64,000 nt of DNA from a virus (Duplodnaviria > Caudoviricetes). A program made the translations under genes and the position numbers. Positions 25,414 to 34,848 of the stretch are shown here, in pieces; position 1 is the first letter of the stretch; each line of letters opens with the position of its first letter. The stretch spans positions 1 to 64,000 of the IMG/VR virus record IMGVR_UViG_3300033414_000001; one strand, written 5' to 3'. A model generated the notes under the pieces. It worked only from the letters and a program-made list of their open reading frames with translations, did no database searches and had not been told where the DNA came from.

Positions 25414-25866
25414 ATGGCCGACCCGAAGAAGCTGCGCGCGCTGCTCGACACGCAGGCCTATGCGTATCCCGGAACGGGAACCGACTACATGCGTGCCGTG
25501 CACGACATGACGAAGCACGACGATCCCGCCGAGCCGCTCCCGTCCGACGACATGAGCGAGGAGGGACAGATTGCACGGAAGGTCGGCGCCGGGTACATGG
25601 AGATCCGGGAGGATGCCGGCGGGTTCTCCTGTGGCGCGTGCCGCTATGCGGCGCCCGGCCCGAGCGAAGAAGAGGCCAGCTGCATGCACGCGCAGATCCG
25701 CGCGCAGGTGAGCGCGATGCACGGGTGCTGCAATCTCTTCTGGCCCCTGGAGGGCCCGGTGGTCTTCCCGGATGGCGCGATGCCACCCGAAGAGCGCGAG
25801 CCCGACTTCGAGGAGGAGGAAGAAGAAGAGGGAAGCGAGCAGGCGGAGGGCGCAGGAGAAGGGTGA
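25414..25866 (+). CDS. Cys-cluster hypothetical protein with acidic tail
   Basis: FSCGACRY...C...HGCCNLF. Confidence 0.6.
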   Translation: MADPKKLRALLDTQAYAYPGTGTDYMRAVHDMTKHDDPAEPLPSDDMSEEGQIARKVGAGYMEIREDAGGFSCGACRYAAPGPSEEEASCMHAQIRAQVSAMHGCCNLFWPLEGPVVFPDGAMPPEEREPDFEEEEEEEGSEQAEGAGEG

Positions 25867-25867
25867 C

Positions 25868-26818
25868 ATGGCCCGTCGCAAGAGCTTGACCCCGCTCTAC
25901 GAGGTCGTTGCCGAGCATCGCAGACGGCTCGATCGCGTGGCGGAGCGACGAGCACTCCCGAGGCTCAAACGGCTGTACGACGAGGCGCACGCATCAATTG
26001 CGGACGCGTTGCGCCGAAGACTGAGAGCTGGCTTGGGCGACACTTTCACCGCGCAGCAGCAACGCGTGATGCTAGCGCAGCTCCGGATCGGGCAGGCTCG
26101 ACTGGCAGGGATGTTGGCGGGCGAACTGTCCGATGCGACCGTGGAAGCGCAACTAGACACCGTCCGGTCGCTTGCCAAGGGGATTGCGAACCTGGAGCGC
26201 CACTTCACGGGCGCCGAAGTGAGTCTCCCAATCGAGGAGGCCTGGAAGCTGCGAGAGCTTGTGACCGCGCGCCGCCCCGAGCTCGACCTGATGCATCAGC
26301 GAAGCATGGCGCGTTGGGGGGCCCGGCTCTTCGCCGACGTGCACGAGCAGACTTCGCTTGCCCTCGTGACCGACGCAACAACGGAACAGGCCATCGAGAT
26401 GATTCCGAAGACAGCCGCGGCTGAGTGGTGGCAGGGCGAGAGGATCGTCAGGACCGAGACCGCGTGGGCCACGAATTCCGCTGCGGCAGACGGAATCCGG
26501 GAAGCCGTCAAAACGCTTCCGGATCTGCGGAAGCGGTGGACGGAGCACGTCGACGATGAGACCGGGACGCCGTTCGACGATCGCGTGAGCCCCGACTCGC
26601 TCGTGATGCATGGCCAGGTGGCCGGCGAAGACGGGTTGTTCTGGTTCCCGTCGAATGCGCCGGGCATGGACGCTAGGGAGATTGAACGCATGCAGGAGAG
26701 GAGTCCCTGGGAGGAGCCGCCCAACCGCCCCAACGATCGAGCCTCCATCCAGCCCTGGCGGCCGGGGTGGGGGATCCCCGCGTGGGAACTGCGAGACGGA
26801 ATGCGGGTGCAATTGTGA
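25868..26818 (+). CDS. Head morphogenesis (Mu gpF/SPP1 gp7-like) protein
   Basis: ERIVRTETAWA, KRWTEH, MHGQV, PPNRPNDR motifs. Confidence 0.8.
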   Translation: MARRKSLTPLYEVVAEHRRRLDRVAERRALPRLKRLYDEAHASIADALRRRLRAGLGDTFTAQQQRVMLAQLRIGQARLAGMLAGELSDATVEAQLDTVRSLAKGIANLERHFTGAEVSLPIEEAWKLRELVTARRPELDLMHQRSMARWGARLFADVHEQTSLALVTDATTEQAIEMIPKTAAAEWWQGERIVRTETAWATNSAAADGIREAVKTLPDLRKRWTEHVDDETGTPFDDRVSPDSLVMHGQVAGEDGLFWFPSNAPGMDAREIERMQERSPWEEPPNRPNDRASIQPWRPGWGIPAWELRDGMRVQL

Positions 26819-27042
26819 GTGCGTGCGCTAGGGTATTGCCCCCTCCGCCGCTCCGACCGCTCGCGTCCCCCGAGAGCGTGCCGACAGCAACGATCCCGTG
26901 GGATGTCGCATTCGTCGCCGCCAACCGGGAGCTGGACTGTCCGGAGTACGCTCGATGCCTGGACTACGCTGCGGCGCTATGCTGGCGCAGCTTCACGTGT
27001 ACGCGATGCCAGTTGCGGCCTCGCGCCCCAACGAAAGGATGA
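26815..27042 (+). CDS. Small Cys-rich protein
   Basis: CPEYARCLDYAA..CWRSFTCTRC; GTGA overlap. Confidence 0.5.
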   Translation: MSACARVLPPPPLRPLASPESVPTATIPWDVAFVAANRELDCPEYARCLDYAAALCWRSFTCTRCQLRPRAPTKG

Positions 27043-27046
27043 CCCG

Positions 27047-27496
27047 ATGCCGCAGATCCCCGCAAAGAAGCTGAAGGCTCTCGCAGATCGCTACGGCCCG
27101 AAGAAGAAGCGCGACGACGAAGAAGAGAGGGAGGCTGGCGAAGAGAAAGCAGACCGGCAGGAGGATGCCGGGGAGATCGACCCCGCCATCGTCTCGGAGG
27201 AGGGGGAGAAGATCAACGACGGCAAGCAGGATGGCCAGCTCCGGAAGTTGATGCGCGACTTCGATCCCGAGGACAACCCGCCGGAATGGGTCCAGGACGA
27301 GGCGAAATGGGAGAAGGCCAAGGAGGCGGTGGACCCCGAGGGCGACGGAGGCGAGAAGTACGACGAGCCCTGGGCGGTTGTCGCGCACGTCTACAAGCGC
27401 ATGGGCGGGAAGATCAAGGGCGGCGGAAACCCCGGGGGCGCTGGCGGCGGCGGCAGGCAATCGTTCGGCGGCAAGAGGGCCGGGGAGCGCGGTTGA
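27047..27496 (+). CDS. Acidic protein with ChaB-like C-terminal motif
   Basis: KWEKAKEAV...EPWAVVAHVYKRMGG. Confidence 0.55.
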   Translation: MPQIPAKKLKALADRYGPKKKRDDEEEREAGEEKADRQEDAGEIDPAIVSEEGEKINDGKQDGQLRKLMRDFDPEDNPPEWVQDEAKWEKAKEAVDPEGDGGEKYDEPWAVVAHVYKRMGGKIKGGGNPGGAGGGGRQSFGGKRAGERG

Positions 27497-27796
27497 TTGT
27501 TGCGCGGCCCATGTCGCCCGTGTAGCGTAAGCCGTAGCCATGGGCGACAACCGTTCCAATCGATCGCTACTCCACTTCGGGCTCTGGGGGCCATCTGCCG
27601 AGCCGGAAATGCTGCGCCCGGGCGTTGCCTATCGGGAGGCAGATCTCCCGGGCAACGCGTATCGCTATGCAATCCCGCCGGAGCACCCGGAACGGACGGC
27701 AATGGGCGATCTCGGGTTTGCCGGCCTGGCGCCGCCCCGGAGCCTGTCGTTCGGCGGGCTGCCGTTTTCCAACCTGAGGAAGTACTAGGGGCTCCC

Positions 27797-28431
27797 ATGT
27801 TCAAGGCGACTCCAGGGACCGGTCCTCGCTCTCTTCGCCAGCGCGCGGAGGAGATGATCAACCCGTCGAACGTGACGGCGGTCTCGTCCTACTGTCCTCA
27901 ATGCGGACATCCGCTCCAGGCGGACATTCCGCATGGCCACGGCGGTCAATCCGTGGCGCTTCCCCGGAGCGTCCCGCTCCCGACGAAGTCGACTCCGCCC
28001 TTCGTGCTCGGAGGTAAGTGATCGTGCCCGACATGCCGAATTGGCGAGAGTTCGAGAAGGCCGGCGCAGAGTCGCAGCGGGATGTGACCCGGGTCTACGA
28101 CGACCGGTATGGGCATCCCTCCGACAAGATCGGGGAGACCAAGGAAAAGGCTCCCCCTGTCGTGAACCCTCACCCGCTCGCGCTGGAGTAACGCGAGGAA
28201 AGGCATCAGGAGACCCGGATGAGCAATCCAAATTCGGAAAACTCGGTCGACGTGGGCCAGGGCAGGACGCACGTCGACGCGACGCAGAAGTACGATCAGC
28301 AGCACGGAACCGCTGCGGACGTGTCGCACACGATCCCAACCGAAGACCGGCTGCCGACCGTCTGCTTCCCGCTGGCCTCGGAGGCCGCTCCGTTCGTGCT
28401 CGGCCCGCTCGCACCCGGGAAGCGAGAGTAA
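27797..28431 (+). other. Three small head-region ORFs (27797-28021, 28033-28191, 28219-28431)
   Basis: Consecutive short ORFs with Pro-rich C-termini (PPFVLGGK, PPVVNPHPLALE, APFVLGPLAPGKRE). Confidence 0.5.
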
Positions 28432-28434
28432 CGC

Positions 28435-28818
28435 ATGGGCGACTCCTTCTCGCTCCAGGGCAGCTACACCGTAGCTCCGCTCTCGCCTCCGTCGAGCGCG
28501 GACTTCGATGTGCTGGCCCAGATCGACGAGAAGCTGACGCTCGACGGGAAGCAGGCAGGTAGCCTCGATCTCACGGTGGACACGCCCGTCGTTGTGCCGT
28601 TCGGCGGCGTCGCGAACGCACACGTCGTCATCCTCAAGACGACGGTGGGCACGAAGGTGAAGGCCACCATCACCACCTCGGACGGAGCAGCTCAAGTCAT
28701 CCCGTTCGAATCGCTGCTGATTCTGCTGAATTTCACCACCCCGGTCACCGCGATCTCGCTGACGCGATCGCCAGCCGTACTGAGCACCGTGAAGGTGCTG
28801 CTCGCCGAGAAGGCGTGA
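28435..28818 (+). CDS. Putative head-associated beta protein
   Basis: 127 aa, strand-rich, in head operon. Confidence 0.6.
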   Translation: MGDSFSLQGSYTVAPLSPPSSADFDVLAQIDEKLTLDGKQAGSLDLTVDTPVVVPFGGVANAHVVILKTTVGTKVKATITTSDGAAQVIPFESLLILLNFTTPVTAISLTRSPAVLSTVKVLLAEKA

Positions 28819-28831
28819 GGAGAAGACCCCG

Positions 28832-29308
28832 ATGCCCACCACGACCAAGCCAAGCACTCTTGCCGCAGAGCTCGATCGCGCGTCACCTGGAGACGTGTCC
28901 GACGCGCTGCGCATGGTCGGTCTCGGTCGACTGCTTGACCCCGTCAAGGTCACGGTCGCCGGCCTGACGGCCGCCGCCGCGGTCGATGTCACGGCGATCC
29001 CCCGCGCCCTCGTCACCATCAATCAGGGGCTCAAGGGCCTGGCGGCCGGGGAAGCTCTGCCGGCGATCCTGGCTGTCACGGCTCTCCGCGTGACGGCCGT
29101 GGGCGCTGGCGCCCTGGGCCCCCGCGTCGCGACCGATGTCGGCGGCACCCCCGGCGCGCCCGGAGCGACGGGCCCCGGCATCGCCACCATCTCCGACGAC
29201 GGAAAAACTCTCACCTTCGAGGGGACCATCACCGGCTTCGTGCTGGAGTACATCCCTCGATCGAAGGTCGACTTCGCCACGGCGTTCGCGCCGGACCCGA
29301 AGCCGTAG
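28832..29308 (+). CDS. Putative head decoration protein
   Basis: 158 aa Ala/Gly/Thr-rich, GAGGAG RBS. Confidence 0.55.
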   Translation: MPTTTKPSTLAAELDRASPGDVSDALRMVGLGRLLDPVKVTVAGLTAAAAVDVTAIPRALVTINQGLKGLAAGEALPAILAVTALRVTAVGAGALGPRVATDVGGTPGAPGATGPGIATISDDGKTLTFEGTITGFVLEYIPRSKVDFATAFAPDPKP

Positions 29309-29443
29309 TTGCGAAAGGACTGTCCCATCGTACCGGGGAGCGCTCCGCAAGGCGCAATCCGGGAATAACCAAAGCGGACCCCTTGCCGTGCACGCGCACG
29401 GCGGCGGTGAACCAGCCGGGAAGATCTGGGCGAGGAGAACGCA

Positions 29444-30349
29444 ATGGCAGAAGAGACCGCACCAGCAGCAGGAGGAGCCGCAGAAGCAGCAGCGGCGCAA
29501 CGTGCCGGCGCGCAGGACAATGGCGACGGGACGGTGACGCTCGCAAACGGAAAGGTGCAGGTCCTTTCCAGCGAGGCGTACAAGCGCATCAAGGAAGGAG
29601 CCAGAGCGCAGGGGCGCAAGGCGGCCCAGGCGGAGCTGGATGAGATCGCCAAGAGGTACGGGTTCGACTCAGCGGCCATAGCGCTGGCGTCGCTTCAAGC
29701 CAACGGCAACGGCAATGCTGCGCGGAACGTGCCAAGCAACGGCACCCAACGCCGAGACGATCGCCATCGCGAGGAGCGCCGAGACGATCGAGGCACTCGA
29801 AGCGGCGACGGAGAGCGACGGGAAGCGGCGCCGGAGGCCCCTCGGCCGCCACGGCAAGGCGCCGACCGGAAATCGTGGGAGAGGTTCGAGCGTGCGCAGA
29901 AGCAATTCGAACGGGACCGCGACGCGTACCGGGAGCGTCTCAATCGAGCAACGGGCCGCTCGCGGGATCTACAGCGACAGCTCGACGCCCGCGAAGCCGA
30001 GATGGCTCTCCGCGAGAACTTCGCCAAGGCGGGGGTGCAGGATCTCGACTACGTCGTCCACACGTTCAGTCGAGAGTTCAGCGGCAAGACCGAGGAGGAG
30101 CTCAAGGCGTTCGACGAGGCGAAGTGGATTGCCGATCTTCGCGCCAAGAAGCCGTACCTGTTCGGCGAGGTCGTCATCCCGGCCAACACCGGGGTGAACG
30201 GAGCGACTCCGCCTGCTCCGCAGCCCGGAGACGTGACTCGAACGATCGCCGCAGGCGAGCAGGTCGACGCGAGAAAGATGTCGTCGCAGCAGTTCGCACA
30301 GCACCTCAGAAGCAGAGGGATGAACCCGGACTCGATCCGAGTGGGGTAG
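29444..30349 (+). CDS. Capsid scaffolding protein
   Basis: Charged coiled coil, KPYLFG motif, immediately before the capsid gene. Confidence 0.75.
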   Translation: MAEETAPAAGGAAEAAAAQRAGAQDNGDGTVTLANGKVQVLSSEAYKRIKEGARAQGRKAAQAELDEIAKRYGFDSAAIALASLQANGNGNAARNVPSNGTQRRDDRHREERRDDRGTRSGDGERREAAPEAPRPPRQGADRKSWERFERAQKQFERDRDAYRERLNRATGRSRDLQRQLDAREAEMALRENFAKAGVQDLDYVVHTFSREFSGKTEEELKAFDEAKWIADLRAKKPYLFGEVVIPANTGVNGATPPAPQPGDVTRTIAAGEQVDARKMSSQQFAQHLRSRGMNPDSIRVG

Positions 30350-30430
30350 GACGGAATCCATTCGTCTCCTGCGATCGATCGATAGCCACATAGCCTCGCG
30401 CTGACGAGGCGATTTCACAGGAGACCAGCG

Positions 30431-31825
30431 ATGGCCGATTTCAGTACCATTCTGCAAACGCCCCAGATCCGGGCGATCGTCCAGGAAAACATCCTGGAGC
30501 GCATGTTCCACGACGCGCTGTTCCCGAGACTGCTGTTCCGGGGCGAGGCGACGCCGGTCCTGTTCCCTGGCCACGTGGGCGACTCGATGGTCTTCACGGG
30601 ACGGGGGCTCATCAAGCCGAAGACCGGCCCGCTGGTTCCCGGCACCGATCCGGTGCCCAGCGACTACCAGCGCGAGCAGTGGACGGCGACGATGCAGCTC
30701 TACGCCGACTCGATCGACACGAACATTCTCACGTCGATCTCTGCGATCGTCGACCTGTTCCTGGCCAATGCGGCGCAGATGGGACTGTCGGCCGGGCAGT
30801 CGCTCAACCGCGTGATCCGAAACCGCCTGTATGCCGCTGGCCTCAGCGGCAACACCGTGACCACCACGGCAAACGCGGGTCCTGCGTCGACTGCTCTGCC
30901 CGTGGCGCGCCTCAACGGGTTCACCAAGGCGCGCAACCCGAACCTGGCGGGTGGCTCCCCGGTGCAGTTTGCACCCGTGAGCAGCGCGAACCCGCTCGCA
31001 ATCACGGTCGGGGCTGCAACGGCCGCCGTGGTCATCGGGTTCACTCCTGCCGCGCCCGGCGATGAGGTCGGCCCAGGCACGCTGACGCTCCAGGCCGGCA
31101 TCACCTGGGCCAATCGAGATCGCGTCGTGGCTGCGGACGCCAGCGCGATCCAGCGCGTGGGCGGTGGCGCCACCATCGACGCGCTCACGACCGCGAACAT
31201 CCTGACGTTCGCCGACATCCGGTCGGTCGTGTCCAGGTTCCGGCAGAACAATGTCGACCCTCAGCCGGACAAGCGCTACCACCTGCACCTGTCGCCGAAT
31301 GCCGAGGCCGAACTGTCGGCCGATGTCGAGTTCCGGCAGCTCAACACCGCCCTGCCGGACTACTACATGTACCGGGATTTCGCGATCGGCGAGATCCTGG
31401 GGTGTCTCATCTACCGCAACTCCGAGTGCCCGATCGCGGACACCGTGAGCGGCGGCCCGACGGCATCCTACGATCCGCAGGATGCGTTCGCTGGCGAGCT
31501 GTTCGTGGGCGGCGTCCCGACCGGCGCGCCGGTCTACCACACGCTGCTCGTGGGTCAGGGCGCGATCTACGAGTACTACCAGGATCTCGATGCCCTGGTG
31601 ACTGAGGCCGGCATCACCGGGCGAATCGGCCAGGCGAAGGTCACCAACAACGGCGTCGAGATCAACGTCGATCGGGTCCAGCTTGTTCTGCGCTCGCCGC
31701 TCGATCGGCTCCAGCACCTGGTCCCGGTGAGCTATCAGTTCGTCGGTGACTGGCCCACGCGCACCGACGCTACCACCGGCAGCGCCGCTCGGTTCAAGCG
31801 GATCGGCGTCATCGAGCACGCCTAG
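30431..31825 (+). CDS. Major capsid protein
   Basis: 464 aa after scaffold; AGQSLNRVIRN, YHLHLSP..EAEL, HK97-like layout; AGGAG RBS. Confidence 0.85.
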   Translation: MADFSTILQTPQIRAIVQENILERMFHDALFPRLLFRGEATPVLFPGHVGDSMVFTGRGLIKPKTGPLVPGTDPVPSDYQREQWTATMQLYADSIDTNILTSISAIVDLFLANAAQMGLSAGQSLNRVIRNRLYAAGLSGNTVTTTANAGPASTALPVARLNGFTKARNPNLAGGSPVQFAPVSSANPLAITVGAATAAVVIGFTPAAPGDEVGPGTLTLQAGITWANRDRVVAADASAIQRVGGGATIDALTTANILTFADIRSVVSRFRQNNVDPQPDKRYHLHLSPNAEAELSADVEFRQLNTALPDYYMYRDFAIGEILGCLIYRNSECPIADTVSGGPTASYDPQDAFAGELFVGGVPTGAPVYHTLLVGQGAIYEYYQDLDALVTEAGITGRIGQAKVTNNGVEINVDRVQLVLRSPLDRLQHLVPVSYQFVGDWPTRTDATTGSAARFKRIGVIEHA

Positions 31826-31856
31826 CCCGACGATGCGGTCGTGGCTGCACAGACTT

Positions 31857-32330
31857 GGGGAAACGTCGATCGGCAGATCGGCGTTTCCCCTCCCCGCGCC
31901 CGCCTCGTGCGGGCTCACCGGAGATCTTCGGATCTCCATTCCAGGGACGCACGATCGACAGATCGTTTCCGGTCTGGCTGACACCGTGACCGGGCATCCC
32001 ACCGACCCCTGCCTATCTCGCGATGGGCGTGTCAGGGGGTCGGCTCATGTCGGAGCTGACGGGATCTTGCGGTCCCGATGCGCTCCGCTTACCGGCGAGC
32101 AACCCACGGCTCTTGCCGTTGAACCGCTCGCCATCAATGGTGGCCTCGCCTCGCGGCAGCATTGCGCTGCCATTCACGGCGATGACATCCCGGACGGCTT
32201 GGTTCTTCGGACCCATCGCGCCATCCACGTAGGGCTCGTCGCATCGGAAGCATGCACACCCCACGGCGGGGGCTTCCGCCGGTTAACGTGCGCGCATCTC
32301 GCGACGAGCCCTGCCACCGCTTTCTGACTC
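31857..32330 (+). ncRNA. Candidate structured non-coding RNA
   Basis: ~520-bp gap after the capsid gene with a chain of hairpins including a 15-bp stem and a C(UUCG)G tetraloop. Confidence 0.4.
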
Positions 32331-32346
32331 ACTACGAAGGAGCGTC

Positions 32347-32664
32347 ATGGCCGGACCAGTCTCCCCGCAGCAGTCAGCCCAGAAGAAGCGCGATCCGCTG
32401 GCGGCGGCAATCGTCTCGCAGCCCGGGCAGCAGGAGCTTGCTCCTCCGACGCCGGTCAGGGCCGCGGAACCGGATCTGATCCCGCCCGCTCCGCCGGCCT
32501 GCCTGCCCGAAGAGAGGCGGTTCCGGGTCCGGTCCTCCAAGATCGTCAACGTCGGCGGCTCCATGACGACACTCGCCGCGGGTTCCATCGTCAGCGCCAG
32601 AACCCATGACCTGGCAGCCCTCAGGACCCATGGAGTCGAGCTGGAACCCGAGCAGAGCAACTAG
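32347..32664 (+). CDS. Hypothetical head/neck-region protein
   Basis: AAGGAG RBS, 105 aa. Confidence 0.6.
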   Translation: MAGPVSPQQSAQKKRDPLAAAIVSQPGQQELAPPTPVRAAEPDLIPPAPPACLPEERRFRVRSSKIVNVGGSMTTLAAGSIVSARTHDLAALRTHGVELEPEQSN

Positions 32665-32678
32665 CGCCGTGAACCCGA

Positions 32679-33089
32679 ATGGCCCTCAACGACAGCGAAA
32701 GGGAGCGAACCAGATACCACCTCGGGTATCTGTCTGTCGGGACGGCCGCTGCCCTTTCGTTCGGTGAGCCGCGCCCGATCCAGACCCTGTTCCTGGTGGA
32801 CCTGGCGATGGATCGCCTGCTGGTCGCGTCGGAGGACCGAGTCAGGCGCATCCTTGGGGTGATGGACGGGATTGAAGAAAAGCTCATTGCCGCCCAAGAC
32901 CGACTCGCCGCCGACAAGCTCGACGAGCTTGTTCTCCGGAAGACGGAGCCAGAGGAGCTGGAGACGGAGTATGTGCGCTGGGGAGGACGGCTTGCTGACA
33001 TCCTGGGGGCGCCGTTCTACCACTACAGCACCCGCTACAAGGGCCGATCAGGCGGAGTCTTTGCCGGCTCCATACCGGTGAGGAACTAG
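32679..33089 (+). CDS. Head-tail adaptor
   Basis: ERERTRYHLGY N-terminus; position after capsid. Confidence 0.65.
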   Translation: MALNDSERERTRYHLGYLSVGTAAALSFGEPRPIQTLFLVDLAMDRLLVASEDRVRRILGVMDGIEEKLIAAQDRLAADKLDELVLRKTEPEELETEYVRWGGRLADILGAPFYHYSTRYKGRSGGVFAGSIPVRN

Positions 33090-33092
33090 CCC

Positions 33093-33629
33093 GTGGCCTC
33101 GCCGCACAGATTCACAAACCTGTCGGGGGTCGATCTATCCAACACGCTGGCACGCAGGCTCGTACCGGTCGCCGATGCCCTCCGCGATCTGCGCACCACG
33201 TTCGGGATGCGTCCGTACGAGGTCCACATCATCCGCACCGCGTGGAGCGGCGGGGAGCGCGGCGTCGGCGAGGAGTACGTCACCTCGGATCTCGTCATCC
33301 TTCCAACTCCTCGGATCGTCGATCTGTCGACGTTGTCTGCCATCGCTCAGCCGGTGGGCCTGGATGAGGTCGGCCTCGTAATGCTGGATGAGATCAGCGG
33401 GCGCTACACCGATGACCAGCTTCGCGGGCATCGCGACGACGGCTCGCCGCCGTCCCCTGAGGAGAACATTTTCTACGAGGTCGTCTTCCCGCTACCGGAC
33501 GGGAGAGAAGGGACCGCCCCGCGACGGCGCTTCTTCCCTGCGTCCGCCCCCTACTACACTGCCGGGAAGTTCGAGTGGGTGATCCGTTTGGAGCGCGCGC
33601 GCCCCGACCGGCAGGCTGGGGGCTTCTGA
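33093..33629 (+). CDS. Head closure / neck protein
   Basis: Synteny; beta-rich 178 aa. Confidence 0.55.
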   Translation: MASPHRFTNLSGVDLSNTLARRLVPVADALRDLRTTFGMRPYEVHIIRTAWSGGERGVGEEYVTSDLVILPTPRIVDLSTLSAIAQPVGLDEVGLVMLDEISGRYTDDQLRGHRDDGSPPSPEENIFYEVVFPLPDGREGTAPRRRFFPASAPYYTAGKFEWVIRLERARPDRQAGGF

Positions 33630-34138
33630 TGGCGGACCTACACTTCAAGCTCGCGGACTACGGGCCCTATCTCCGGAAGCTCGCGAAAAGCGAGATCCCC
33701 GCGGCCATGGATCGGGCCATGCTCTCGGCGGCGCTGCGATGCGTCCCCATCATGCAGACGCGCACGCGTCGCGCCCCAGCGTCGAATCCGTCAGGAATCA
33801 GCGTGGGCGGCGCGTTCAACTACGGTGACTATTTGCGTGCGTGGAAGGCGGTCCCGATTCCCCGCGGGGCTCGACTGCTGAACGACAGACGATACGCCTC
33901 GGTCATCGAAGAAGGGCGTCGGCCTGGCGCCACGCGTCCCCCGATCCTTGCGCTGACGCACTGGGCGCAGCGGCGGTTGGGTGTTTCGGCGGAGGACGCG
34001 AAGAAGATCGCCTTCGCCGTCGCAAACAGCATCAAGAGCCGCGGACTGCTGCCTCGCCGAGTGCTGGGAAGCGCGATGCCGGAGCTATGGGCGGCGGCGA
34101 ACGCGGAGATCGTGCGCGAGCTCCGGAGGGTACTCTGA
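33629..34138 (+). CDS. HK97 gp10-like tail completion protein
   Basis: YASVIEEGRRPG...PPILAL..WA..RLG motif. Confidence 0.7.
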   Translation: MADLHFKLADYGPYLRKLAKSEIPAAMDRAMLSAALRCVPIMQTRTRRAPASNPSGISVGGAFNYGDYLRAWKAVPIPRGARLLNDRRYASVIEEGRRPGATRPPILALTHWAQRRLGVSAEDAKKIAFAVANSIKSRGLLPRRVLGSAMPELWAAANAEIVRELRRVL

Positions 34139-34848
34139 TGCCGACGCCCCTCATCCCGAAGCCGCTGGGGAAGACCCGCCCGATCTTGCAATCCGCGGAT
34201 CCGGAGCATCTCACGCTCCATCAAGAGACGGACGCGCGCACGGCCATCTGTCGTGGACTCAAGGAGTACGTCGAGCAGTTGAGCTTCCAATCCAACGGCG
34301 GTCGGCTGCTCCGCTTCGCGGCCGTCTACGACACCTGGGCTGAACCGGAAGATCAGGCGCAGTTCCCGGCCGCCGCAGTGGAGGGCATCGGAGAGGGGAG
34401 CTACGACGCTTCGCGCTTCACGCCTGGAGCAATCGCTACCGATGTGCCGGGGCAGGCCCTGGTTCTGCTGTCCGAGTTCACGATGGATGTCAGGCTCGAC
34501 GTGTGGGCCACCGACAGCAAGGAGCGGATGTTCCTGATGGCGATGCTTGAACGCGCCCTGGCTCCATCCAACGACACGTACAGCTTCGCCCTGGAGCTGC
34601 CGCACTACTTCAACGCGCGCGCCATATACTCGTTGTCCAAGGGATCGTACGACGACAGCGATCTCAACGCGATCAGGAAGTATCGGCGCGCCTACCCTGT
34701 GCTCCAGGCAACGCTCCCGGTCATGCGCCCTGCGTCCGTTCCGACTCTGCGGCCGGGGCAGCCTCAGGTATCGCTGGAGGTCGTGGAGCCCCCGGCCGTT
34801 CTGGATCCCACGCTGGGCCAGGTGTTCTTCGGAATGGTGGATCCATGA
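34138..34848 (+). CDS. Tail terminator-like protein
   Basis: Synteny before sheath; FPAAAVE, LDVWA motifs. Confidence 0.55.
   Translation: MPTPLIPKPLGKTRPILQSADPEHLTLHQETDARTAICRGLKEYVEQLSFQSNGGRLLRFAAVYDTWAEPEDQAQFPAAAVEGIGEGSYDASRFTPGAIATDVPGQALVLLSEFTMDVRLDVWATDSKERMFLMAMLERALAPSNDTYSFALELPHYFNARAIYSLSKGSYDDSDLNAIRKYRRAYPVLQATLPVMRPASVPTLRPGQPQVSLEVVEPPAVLDPTLGQVFFGMVDP

Noticed and set aside
30393-30410. CTGACGAG hammerhead-like core before the capsid gene
   Set aside because: It lies inside a simple GCCTCG/CGAGGC hairpin, with no GAAA or stem III in register
31860-31890. GAAA-stem-GUU resembling hammerhead stem III
   Set aside because: No CUGANGA core or stem I follows; the A's simply pair in the long hairpin
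29969-32002. 677-aa minus-strand ORF and many other long overlapping ORFs in the track
   Set aside because: Antisense or off-frame shadows of real genes; stop codons are scarce at high GC and the translations are Arg/Pro/Gly-rich without motifs
32013-32264. 83-aa minus-strand ORF in the post-capsid gap
   Set aside because: Antisense to the late operon, no RBS or motif recognised; kept only as an alternative to the ncRNA hypothesis
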